64,000 nt of DNA, from the NCBI GenBank assembly GCA_013265495.1, contig MU058636.1, positions 7,084,295 to 7,148,294 of the forward strand, written 5' to 3'. A program made the translations under genes and the position numbers. Under the pieces are notes generated by a model, which worked only from the letters and a program-made list of their open reading frames with translations, was not told the origin of the DNA and ran no database searches. Of this stretch, positions 51,900 through 64,000 are shown piece after piece (the stretch's first letter is position 1; every line of letters starts with the position of its first letter). This stretch comes from Vicugna vicugna (lineage: Eukaryota).

Positions 51900-54480
51900 G
51901 TAGACATAGAAATTTTTAATTTAATTAAAGATTATTATAAACAGCTATAAACTAATAGGTTTTAAAACTGAAATTAAATGGAGAAAAATATAAAATGTCA
52001 AAATTGCACCAGAAGAAATAGAGAAAAGCCTTAAAGAAATTTAAGTAGTAGATTTTCCAACCCCAAAAATATCTAAAACTATATTATTTTACAAATGAGC
52101 TCTACCAAATTCAAGCAATAAGGAATTCATATCTTATGCAGATTGTTCTAGAAAATCTAGCAAGCAATCCAGCTCACTTTAGGGAGCTAGTATGATCTTG
52201 ATTCCAAAGAATCAAAAAATGTTTCCAGAGGAAAGAAAAGGAAAAAAGAAATAAGGCCATTTCATGGATGGATATCAATACAAAAAAAAATCTAAATAAA
52301 ATGTTATCTAACAACCCAACAGTGTTATATATAAAATGGCGGTGGGAGGGTGGATATGGGTGTAGAATGGTGTATTTGTGTGTATTGCATCTAGACCAAC
52401 CCTTTTAAGATCAGGAGAAAGACAAGGATGTTCCATATCACCACTGTTGTTTTATGTAGTTTTCAAGGTTGAAAACAATTTTATAAGAAAAACATAAAGA
52501 AGTTAACTCATAAGAGTCGCCAAGATCACAGTCAACTTTCAGACATCAATAGCATAGCATTTTCTACATCATCAGTAACCAAGTATAAAATGTAATTTTC
52601 AAATATTATAATTACATCAAAACTTATGAATTGTCTGAGAATTAACTTAACCAAGAATGCCAATGTCCTTTATGGAGACTATATTAATTTTTAACTCAAA
52701 TAAAGTACAGAGAAAATGATCTATATAAATAAAGAGACATTCTGAGACCTTAGATAAGAAAACCTAATATCCATTTTTTCCATTTTCCTAAATTAGTCTA
52801 TAAATGTATTGGAATCTCAATCAGAATTATTTTTATGTATCTATACACTTACTGTAAAAGTTACAGGGAAGAATAAAGGTCCACAAATAGTCGAATTGAC
52901 TCTGAAAAGAAAAATAAATCTGTTATCAAATTTTGATTCACTTACCTGCTGGCAGTAAAGCCAATCTACTGACATCAGGTTGTGGTGAAGGAAAGTGCAG
53001 TGTTTATTGTAAGACACCGGAAGAGGAGTCTGGGTCAGTTAATGCTCAAAAAATCCAAACTCCCTGATGGATTTCAGGGAAGCACTTTTTAAGGCACAGT
53101 GAGGGAGGGGAGTCAAAAGGTGTGTGTGATCAGCTCATGCACAATTCTCTGCTTGGTTAATGGTGAGGTAACAGAGCAGTGTTGCAGGGGTTGTTAACAT
53201 TATCAACCATCCGGCTCCAGTAGGTCTGGGGGCCACATGCTCACAATTAAATAGTTAACTTCTATGTGGTGGGAGTTTTAGGATCTGTGAAACAACTCAG
53301 AGAATGCACATCAGAAACTGTTATTTAGATACTTCAGGGAGGAACTAAAGATTTCTGTGACTGCCATAATTTACTGTTTAAATTGTTACCAGTTCTCCTG
53401 GCCCAAATGCTGCTTTTGTCACTACATGTTCACATCCTTTCAATTATTAATTCTTGAGTCAGGCTTTTGTGACTCAGGGGAGGCCTGGAAGACTACAGCT
53501 TTTCTACAAACAAGAGTCAGGCAGAGGACATGGCGGTAGGGGTCTGTCCTGGGAAGACCCGCAGGGTCCTGCTCGGTTACGAATCTACCAGATATTAAGA
53601 TTAAAAGGAGAGAAAGGAAAGAAGGAAAGAAGGAAGGAAGGAAGGATTGTATTGCTTTTTGTAGGTAGATTCTTATATTTTCTGTAACAATAGCAGTTTT
53701 ATATCTTTATTTCAAATATATATTCACACACTACACATAACAGCACACGTCACTGAGGTAAAGTGTGTACTTTTAATAGATGGTTTTGGAAAAACTGACT
53801 TATACATAACAAAAATTATGCCGGATCTCTACCTATACCACACATGAGTGAAAGTATACTCTGGATAGATTAAAGGCCAATATATGAAAAGTAAAGCCAT
53901 AAATATAAAGCTGATGCATCAGATTATAGAAAGTTATCTTTGCTATTTCAAAACAAAATCCCGAGAGCATAAACATAAAGAAAAAAATTGGATTACCTCA
54001 AAATTAAGAATTCCGGTTCAACCAAGAACAGCATGGATAAAGTTAATAGACACGTGACATTTGGGAGAATGCATTTGCAATATTTAAAACCAACAAACAA
54101 CTGCTGTCTAAAGTATATGAAGAGCTTCTACAGACAGACAACTAAAGACAAGGAACTTCATTAAAAAATGGGCAAAGAGCAATGGACATTCATAATCACG
54201 CAACTGTGTCACGGCGAGTTCGAGACAGAGTAGTGCTCTGTACTGGGCGAGTTCTGAGCAGCCACTGGAAGCAATGGACTGCCTATAGCAACATAGGTAG
54301 ATCCCAAAAAGCAAGGTTAAGTGAAAAAAAGAGAGAAACAAGTGAAATCTGTAACCGTATTCCATTTTCATAAATCAAAAATGCATATACGCAAAAATAC
54401 ATTACATGAGTAATGGTTTATAAAAACACATGCAAACAAAAGGAGAAACATTAAACACATTTTAGGCATTGCCCTCGGCA
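51900..54480 (+). mobile_element. Degraded old L1 (ORF2/3'UTR remnants) interrupted by an LTR
   Basis: A-rich L1 motifs: ttaagatcaggagaaagacaaggatgttccatatcaccact, gaattaacttaaccaag, ggatagattaaaggcc, taaaaaatgggcaaag. Confidence 0.7.
52921..53581 (-). mobile_element. ERV1-class solo LTR (about 661 bp) with 4-bp target-site duplication
   Basis: Begins TGTTA, ends GGTTAC(G); AATC on both flanks (52917-52920, 53582-53585); minus-strand AATAAA at 53003-53008. Confidence 0.8.
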
Positions 54481-56213
54481 GAGGAAAATCAAAGTAGTGG
54501 ATGGAGATAAAAGAATAAATAAATGTTTTAAAACTCAAATTAGTGAAACGTTATCATTCCTTCCGACTCTCATAATTGCATTAGGCATTTAGTTCAGTAA
54601 TTTGTTTTATTCTAACAGATTTAATAGTAAATTTCATTGACCCTTTCTTTCCAAATATGTCTAGTCGTATCTATAAGATTGGTTTGAAATGGTTGCTCTT
54701 AGCTGATTATGTGTTACGTTGGTAAAGCCTCCCTTTAAGTGATGTATCTGATTTCACTACTATTTTGAATTCCAGTGAACAGACTTGGGCAATACCTACT
54801 CTATAATGAAGTGCCACTTATTCATTTTTTCATCCTTTCATTTAGCGCACCAAGCACTGAAAACAGTGCTGAATAGTGACTGACTTTCCATTTATACAAA
54901 TTGACCAAACCAGTATGATGGACATAAGCACTATAGAATTTGAACCAACATCTCTTTTGTATTTTAGTCCCTTTTTTTGTGTTCTAGTCTGGACTATTAT
55001 GTCAAGACCAATGAGATATAGAGTATAGAAATTCTGTTTAGTTTTAGTATGAAAACTATCCTTTCATTAAATCTAATAGTTTATATTTTTGAATGAGAAA
55101 CACCCACAAATAACTGATGTAAATAAAATACCAAAAAATTTTTGAAAAGTAAATCGAAAAAGAGGTTGAGGGGAATAAATTACTAGTCAAATGTGATTAT
55201 GGGAAAAGTTGAAAAGTACCCTTCAGATATTTTGTAAATTAAAAAAAATGAAATATAACTATCAGAGGGCTAATTTAAGAAATCATGTATTAATTAAGTG
55301 AATTCCAAGCTGGTTTCAACACCTTACAAATCAGGGACATGCAGCTAGAGAATGACTTCATTCACATACTCAGTTACAGCTGTGATTTCGAAAATTGTTT
55401 CATACAGCTTTGCGTAGTTGAAATTTAAGAAGCTAGCTCTGCAGCTTTTTGTTCATGTTGCTGAAATCAGTGTGCCCTTGAAATGAATAAGAAATTGATG
55501 ATAAATGAATGCAGCGCAAGGCAGAGTAAGCCACACCGTGATGGTCACTGCTCATACCACACTTGTGAGCAGAACTCTGTGCCTACCTGTCAGAACACCT
55601 CTAGGAAGCTTATGATGGCTTATTAGGAAATGAGAACACCTCTTTTTTCCTGACTCTTTATGGAAGCTTCATATGGCCGCTGACTCTTAGTAATTTACAT
55701 TCATTTCCCACTGGCTAGCAAACATCTAAAATTACCCAGTGGTTCCTAACCTGTACAATAGCAGAGTTAATTCATAGCAGAAGGAAGGCGTTCCCTTTAG
55801 TAGTGTTAGAAGTAAGTTTGAAGACTTTAGGCAGAAAAATAAGTGTATATCAAAGCTTCTAATAGAAGTGTCTAGTTTCAAACTGATGTTTGAAAATTAG
55901 AAATTAAATTATTGTAAATGGCATTAAAAAAACAGGCATTTCAGATTATTTTTCTTTTAAACATGAATGTGTCTTTTTGAGAAATATATTTAATATTAAA
56001 ATTCACACCACATACACAGTGAAGCCAAGAGAACATTAAGTATTGTAGAAAGAAAATTTTCTTTTCGGTCTATTTTTATTTTTATTGGAAATTGTGTTTT
56101 CTCATTTCTAAGAGTAGAAGGTCTCATACATACAGATAAAATGCAGGAATGCAAAGAACATTCTACTAATTCATATAGAATATATCAAAGTAAGAAAAAG
56201 AGAGATTTACTAA

Positions 56214-56564
<351 letters not shown>

Positions 56565-59118
56565 TAACTTAGTGTTATATGTCATAAACAAATAATGAGA
56601 ACACCATGTCGTTCCTTTTTGAATTGCGGACATACATAATGCACTTCAGCATCCCTGTTTATTTGTTTTACTTCAGCATCTTCATTAAGACGCTTAATGC
56701 CTTATGTATCTTATTAATTAATGAAACCTACTTGAGTATTTAGATATGAATAGTTCACATTTAAATAATCTGCCAGTAGCTGGGTTTTTAATAAAAGCAA
56801 AATTACAACCTTCTAGACAGAATACTCAAAAAGTGCATCAATAAAATAGATGAGGTTATAATATTTTATTCTAGTATGTTCTCAAAATGTATCAGTAAAA
56901 TAGATGAGGTTATAGTATTTAATTCCTGTATATTCCCATCCTGAAATTTTATAGCTAACAGTTGGAAATTATATACTATAGTAAGTGTTGTAAGTATTTT
57001 TTGTGAAAGTATTCACAAAATATATTATTTAAATCACTTCCGCATTGCGCAAAATTATTTCAGATAGGTGAAAAGAGTGAAGATGCAACAGCTGCTAGAT
57101 GAGTCTTGCTTCAAGGAAGCTGTACCCTAGTCTTCCATTCTACCAGACATCTGCCATCTGCTCTATGCAAAACAAGTCATCATTTCTACATTTCTAGTCA
57201 GTGGAATGTTTTTTTATTTTTTTATTTTTAATTTTAGAGGTGGAAAACTCATAGATTTGGGAAATAAAGCTCTACTAGAAAAATTTGCATCCATAAAGTT
57301 ATTTCTTATAGGCGTCTATAAAAACAAAATGACTCCATTTGTATGGCCTCAAGCAGAGAAGAGGAAAGGGAAGGGAAGGGCCTCATGATCACTGATCATT
57401 GGACCCTTAGGGCTAAATACTGCGAGAACACATTGCCAGCATGTTATTAGGTGCAGGGTTATCCCATGTTGTATGCACCAGTAAATGGGATTATCGCCTG
57501 AAGCTGGGAGAAAGAGACAGGGACAGAGAATGAATGAATGAGAGAGAAGCCAGATATTGTAAGATTGGTTGGTGAAATAAAGGATTTTCTCTACAGAATA
57601 ATCTGATTGGTTTGTATACAACTGGGATTCTAATTCTGAGCTTAATTGTTCTCTTAACCATCTACTTCTGCTTAATACATGCCACATCTATAAATGTCTT
57701 ACAAACTACATTTTTTTTCTCAGAACTAATACCTTTAGAATCAGGGAAAAAAAAAAAAAGAAAACTCCTGGAAGTGCTTACCCTTTTATTCTAAGACCAA
57801 CTCCAAATTGTTTTTTGACTTTTAAATATCATAAACATTTTTGCTTCTGAATATTTTATTATACTTTTTTGTCCATTGTAAAGTGCTGTCCTTATGAAGA
57901 AAGTGGCAAGTTAATCCTCTTGGGCAAAATGAAAATATTTTAAATATATTGCATATAATGAAAGTACAAAGCAGCGTTAAACTTAACAGAAAAATAGCAG
58001 ATTTTTCACATTTAAATGAGAGTAAATAAAGATATAAATGGGAGAATAGAGAGAAAGTAGGATTAGAATTGAGACTTTCTTTATATGCATATAGTGTACT
58101 TGAATCCTATAAAAATACCTGGTCCTACAATATATTATACTATTGCTTTGGACAGTGACAAAAACTATGTATAGGCCTTAATCGTCAAACTGTAGGACTT
58201 CCTAATGAAATATTACATGAAAATGTGTAATTTAAAAATGTTTTGTTGGGTAGGAGTGGTTCAACCACTATGTTGTTATTATATAGACAATCTGCACAGT
58301 AATACATTGCTGCTCCGATTACCGCATTGTGATGCAGACTGACTGCCCTACTTCAGGAATCTCCTTCCAGCATTCCCATTCTGAGGGCACAGATTGCTGA
58401 ATGCTGAGTTTCCACTAGAGAACCTTCCAGAGTCATTCTGTGACATGTATATCTTCCCTCCTAAACCCCTCACCTGCCTCTCTCACTTAAACACTCTTCT
58501 GCCAGTTCTCAGAATACGAGGTGAGAGAGCTCCCGCCTGGAACACTGTCACCTTCTCCCGCCAGACAGCATGGGCTCATGCACACACAAGCAGAGACATT
58601 CGTCCTGACCCAGTAGACCTCTGTCAACTCAAAATTGTTTATGAAGATACTTTATTTCCTTAAGACCAGGAGGGAACCACTTAGTATGCCGTAGGCTTAA
58701 TAGATTAAATGATCTTGCAAGGAATATAAGTTAACTCTCCCTCTCTCCATACCCCACCCTGACCTCCTCCACCCCATGACTAATGTATTTCCACAAAAAA
58801 AAGTTCTGCATTAACATTTAAGAACCTGCAAAAGATGAGAACCCACCTGAATCCTGTGAGCTTTCTAATCTGGCCAACTCATTTAACGTCCCTCTACCTC
58901 CACTGCTTTCTCTATAAAGGAGGGATAACACAGAACATATGTTTGCCAGCATAAAAGCATTTAGCATCTTCTGTCACAGAAAAGAACTCTGTGGATAAGC
59001 GAAATGAAGTATATAGTATATTTGTTATTTGGCTGTCATTTATGCCCCTTTACATATGCATCCCCCCGTGAGAAGGCTGTCTGTAAGGCACAGCACTTTC
59101 TATCAAAACACCAGCATT

Positions 59119-59478
59119 CCATATGAGATAGCTCATATGTGGAATCTTAAAAAAAAAAAAAATAAAGAGCATAAATAAAAAACAGAAACAGACTTATAGA
59201 CATAAAATACAGATTTGTGGTTGCCAAGGGGGCGGGGGGGTGGGAAGGGACAGACTGGGAGTACAAAGTTTGTAGATACTGACAGTCATGTAGAATAGAT
59301 AAACAAGATTCTACTGTATAGCACAGGGGAATATATACAAGATCGTGTGGTAGCTCACAGCGAAAAAAATGTGAATATATGTATGTTCATATATAACTGA
59401 AAAATTGTGCTCTATGCTGGAATTTGACACAACATTGTAAAATGACTATAACTCAACAAAAAAATGTTTTAAAAAAAA
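59119..59478 (+). mobile_element. Young lineage-specific L1 3'UTR with target-site duplication
   Basis: catatgtggaatcttaaaaa...tgtggttgccaagggggcggggggg...gacacaacattgtaaaatgactataactcaac + A tail; flanks aaaacaccagcatt (59105-59118) and aaaaaatcagcatt (59473-59486). Confidence 0.88.
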
Positions 59479-60479
59479 TCAGCATTTTCCCAGAGCTCTG
59501 CCCTGTGGTACTATGACTTGAGAGAGTCAATATCTACCTAAATGATCAGACAGAGGCTCTTGAAAAAAGCAGGGTTCACAGTGTTAAGTCTTTTGTTGAG
59601 CTCAGTGCATTCCTTTTATTTGATAATGTTAATTTTAGTATTTTTAAAATGTGAAGATCACTATATCTCACAAAGATAAAACCAAAGGAAGGCTACAGTT
59701 GTCTTACACTAAACTCCAGCTAGCCTTAGGAAGATGAATTTTTAATGCTTAAATTAAACACTGATTTAAAGGAGAAATATTATTTGAAAATCTACGTATG
59801 TCACTTTTGTAAATGTGTATACATATATCCCACAATCTGCCTAGAACTTTGAGCTTTGAAGGTAGTGCTAAAACTTGAGAAATAGCTTAAGGTTATTGAT
59901 TCATTCTCCCTTGACAGGTGAAATCATGAAGCAGCACTAACCACAGCAATTATGGCATTAAAATGTCAAGAAATTAGAGGTCAGAATAACAGATAATTTT
60001 CTTCTTTTTGTCAGATTTAAAATTGACATTCTTTGACAGTTTAGGATCTCTGGCTGAGGAAAATATAATAGCTTAACTTATTTTATACTTGTAAAGCAGT
60101 AATTGATAATCAACTTCTTCATGACAGCCTCTGGGCAGAAACATGACAGAACAGTTCTGGTACAAAGCTCTTCATAATATATAAACACTAGATCTGTTGG
60201 ATATTAGATATTATTTAGATTGTCTTAAGTCTTGGCTTATATCATAATCTTCTAGGCACTTTTCTTGTAGACAAGCTCATCTGACTATTTGAGCAGTGTT
60301 TTTTTAAGCATGATAATGAATATCTTCCTTATCCATTTTTACATATTAATAAAAAGTACTTGATTTACTTTATGTTTTTCCCTACCAAATGATGATGAAG
60401 GAACTCCATCCTATAACCTGCTTAGGAAGCAGGCTATTCTGGCTTGTAAGAATCTGGCCCCATGGTTTTCTAACTCTTT

Positions 60480-60642
60480 GCGACTCAAGTGTGGTCCATA
60501 GACCAACAATATCAGCATCACTTGGGAACTTGTTAGAACTTCAGACTCCACTCTCAGGCCTCCCCGACCTAGTAAATCTGAACATGCATTTAAGGAGATC
60601 CTCAGGTGAGTTGTTTGAGACACTACAGTTTAAGGAGCCCTC
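60480..60642. mobile_element. MER5A/MER5B-like hAT MITE
   Basis: ctcaagtgtggtccatagaccaacaatatcagcatcacttgggaacttgttagaa...gatcctcaggtga. Confidence 0.75.
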
Positions 60643-62338
60643 TACTAAACATGTGTTAGAATGATTTAGAATGCTTTTTTTCCCACCCCTTACAAAAGTA
60701 GAGAGAATGGCAGAATGAACTCCTATGCACTTGTCACCCAATTTCAAAAATTGTAACTCTTCTTGGATCTTTATCCTCACCGTTACCCTCTCTTCTATTT
60801 TCACATCCCCAGGCCACATCCATCTAGCCCCATCCAACTCTCCGTCCCCGCCCCCTCCTGTATCCCATGGGCATCTCAGAATATCCAGGGACAGGGTTCA
60901 GTCAGGTTTATTTTGGAAAAAAATATTCTCTCCAGGCATTTTATATACAATTCAAATCCCAGTTGAAAACCACTAATCTAGCCTAACACCCTTTTAAATA
61001 ATTTTTCTAAGGACACACAGATACGTAGCATCAAAGCAAGAGTTGAATGAGGTCTCCTGGCTCTCAAGTCAAGGTTTCTTTAGTCCCATTATTTTCTAGG
61101 AATTTATAAATAACAGAATACTTACTAATGCTTATTGGTTTTAGAGATGATATTCTTCTTACTTCCAAAATGATTCTTAAAAATGTAAGGGACATATAAC
61201 GTGCATTTCCATTTTACTAACTTAAGCCGTAAGGTTGTCTTTCTATTTTGTTTATGCATTTAAATTTGTTAAAAATTTCAACTCAGTAAAACTTCCAGTA
61301 ATTACAGAGAAAATTTTAAGATAGCTTTAAGAAACCTTTATCAGCCATTTATTTTATCATTTGTTTTAATCACATCCCAGAAAATGTAGGTTTTATCAGT
61401 CTTTGAGAGTTCCAAAGGCACTAGGGGTTTATGCCATAGTTAGTATTTGGTTAGTAGAGATTACAAATTAAATGCCACAAAAATCATTTACTGTACGCTT
61501 ATAAGGGGTGAAAATATTTTACTCTAAAATTGTTTTTAAAAATTATCGCTCTTACAATCATGGATAGAATAACTCAAGCCTGTCTGCCTCAGAGTATGAT
61601 TATAGGATACTTGGCAATAAAAGATGATGGAAATGTGGAAATCAGATAATAGGTTATATCGCAGCCCTATCATTATTATTTGAGTGACACTGAGTCGCTT
61701 TTCTTTTATGTACCTTTGTTTAACCACCTAAAATATGATAACAGAAATGATACCTAACTCCTAGGGCTGTATTTGAGGACCATACAAGAAAAGCGATGTG
61801 AGAATGCTTTGTAAACTGAAAGCATTACACAGACATTGCGTGTTATTACCCAAAACATAATTAAATGAAGTATCTTGTCAGAACTTCTGCTTTAATAATT
61901 TATTTCTCTGTATTGTCTTGTCTATAGTTGACACTGCCAAACCGAAATACGATTTAGATGACTTCTCTTTGACTGTAAGAGGTATACACAGAAGCCTACC
62001 ATAAAAGGCTGTTTGGCTGGCAAGCTATTCAGACATATGGGCCATGCAATATTTATTTATGTGCATATACACATTTATCAACTTATGCTTGAATATCAAA
62101 ACATTAAATACATTTCAATGTTGCCAATAGTCATAAATATATGGTATTCTTAGTCTAATTTTCTGTTACTAATATTTCTTAGTCTTGGAGTATATCTTCT
62201 TCATTTGTCTCATTCTTTGATCTGACAGGGATAACAAAGCATTCCTTTGGCTCTGCTATGGTAAAAATATGCCCATACGAAGCAGAATAGATCACTTCAG
62301 TTTTTATTTTCTTGCTGAAACATTCCTTGCTACTACAG

Positions 62339-62479
62339 AGAACTGACATGATAGGGCTGTCAAGAACCAACAAGACAGATGTGTCTTTAACAAAAACAGC
62401 TGCAATGCTGGCTTTCCTAGAAGATGAACTTAACAAAATTTATAAGGAAAAAAAATTGACCCACAAAAGTCCCAGTGAT
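62339..62479 (+). CDS. Candidate in-frame NBEA cassette exon (141 nt, unverified)
   Basis: Pyrimidine-rich tract + CAG at 62336-62338, GAT|GTAAGT donor, 47 open codons in the phase of the preceding NBEA exon. No homology recognised. Confidence 0.3.
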
Positions 62480-64000
62480 GTAAGTGAAGGTATTTGTAGT
62501 GAGAACATTGATGGCCTCTACAGTCATTGCTTACTCTTTCTGTGAATTTGTCATCTCTGGTCTTTTCCTTTCCCTGTTTCTGACTTCTTTCTTTGAACTG
62601 ACCAAAAATATGAACACCCATTTTTGGATCATTTGAGTGGGCAGTTGTACAGTGTAGTCTAGTTACCTGTGCCATGATACCGAATTGTTTTCAAAGGAGG
62701 GATGTTCTCCTAGGCAATTATTCTGAGACATGATTCCAATAGTTGATCAACAGAAAGGCTGATAAAGATTTCCTAAAACCACCTTAATTTTTCCCTTATA
62801 ATTAGTAGAAGTTTTCCTGAGCTAAAAATGCTAACAAATTCAAAAGCCAAATTAAAACAGAAGGGAAAAGCCAATATTTTAAATTATAGGACTGGAAACA
62901 CACATTAGGTATTCTTTGAATTTAAAGAATCATTTTGGGAACAAGAAGAGTATTATGACCCCTAAAACTAATGAGTATATGTTCAAATGTACCTGTTAAC
63001 GTCCAGCAGGAAGACATGCATTGGGGTGATTCAGCGAATGGAGTTTCTACGTAGGAATTAGTATCAAGGAAATTAATGACACACATTTAATTTTGATTAG
63101 TGAATAAATCCTTAATTTAGGTTTATCTTTTCTCCTAATTACTGCCGTCCTTTGCTAGTCCATGGTCATCAATCGTCCATAGAAAAGCATAAATAATGCA
63201 GCTAGTCAAAGTGGGATGTGTGTCATTTATGTGAGGTGTGCTTTTTCTCCTCTTTGTGTTATTTTGATTGTTTGGTGCTGAGAAGTGCTAATTATCGATT
63301 TTCAGAAATTAACAGCAAATGCTTTTGCAAGCATCTAAAGTCATATTTTACGCACGGAAGAAGGATGACAATTGCAGCCTGCTGTTTGTAGTAGAAATTG
63401 CTGGAAGGAATTTCTTTATCTTCTATTAACATAGATTTCAGCTATGTTACACAGTTGTTACCTTAGCATAAATTAACAGTGATTCAAAACACATTGCGTG
63501 CTTCATATTGTTGAAGCAGATATTACTCAAGCTAAGTACCTAAGCATTTCAGTTAGATGTTTAGGACTCATTTTTAAAGGTTTTAAACATATTGATAATG
63601 AGCCTATTTAAAGCCATTTGATCTCAATATAGTATATCTAAATTATTGTTTCCCATTTATGCCAAATTAAAGAAGAGCATTTTGATCTGCCAAATACATG
63701 CAATACTATTTTTAATTTGAATTTACTTTAATAAAAGTGCATGATTTCATTTTGTAATGTTTATGCCAGCACCTGGTGAACCTTTGTCTTGATGTCTTCC
63801 CACATACCAAACAAATCTATTTCAGCTTTTATTATTTTCATTATTATCTTCTTTGCACGATCAGACATTCCAAGTGAACTTATTTCATATAGTGAAGAAG
63901 GGTCACCACCTGTACTCTGCCTCTCTCTCATTCCTCCTCCTCCATCACTGCCTTCTCCTCAACTTCAGTCCCTCCTCCATTTCCTGCATCAGCCGGCATA

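Overview
Mammalian, AT-rich genomic DNA, mostly intronic, from inside the neurobeachin gene (NBEA, + strand). Five GT-AG coding exons (7193-7305, 24678-24818, 32849-32968, 43978-44130, 56253-56420) splice in frame to about 232 aa of the BEACH domain ([15 protein letters not shown]...ELIPEFYY...[12 protein letters not shown]...DPVLRE); the gene begins and ends outside the window. The introns hold typical eutherian repeats (MIR, L2, L1, MLT1/ERV LTRs, MER5/MER33) and several repeat-free, homeobox/SOX/MEIS-motif-rich stretches that look like enhancers. I saw no Alu, B1/B2, Bov-A/tA, SINEC or PRE1 copies, and the young L1 3' ends suggest a laurasiatherian, possibly camelid, genome (inference). I found no novel multi-gene system. 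The best leads are: a frame-preserving 141-nt candidate cassette exon at 62339-62479, an Asp>Asn change in the conserved BEACH FDxxDR motif, a tRNA-Cys 5'-half insertion ending at the anticodon, and a promoter-like motif cluster near 5.3 kb. Repeat names and boundaries are from recall and by eye, so they are approximate.
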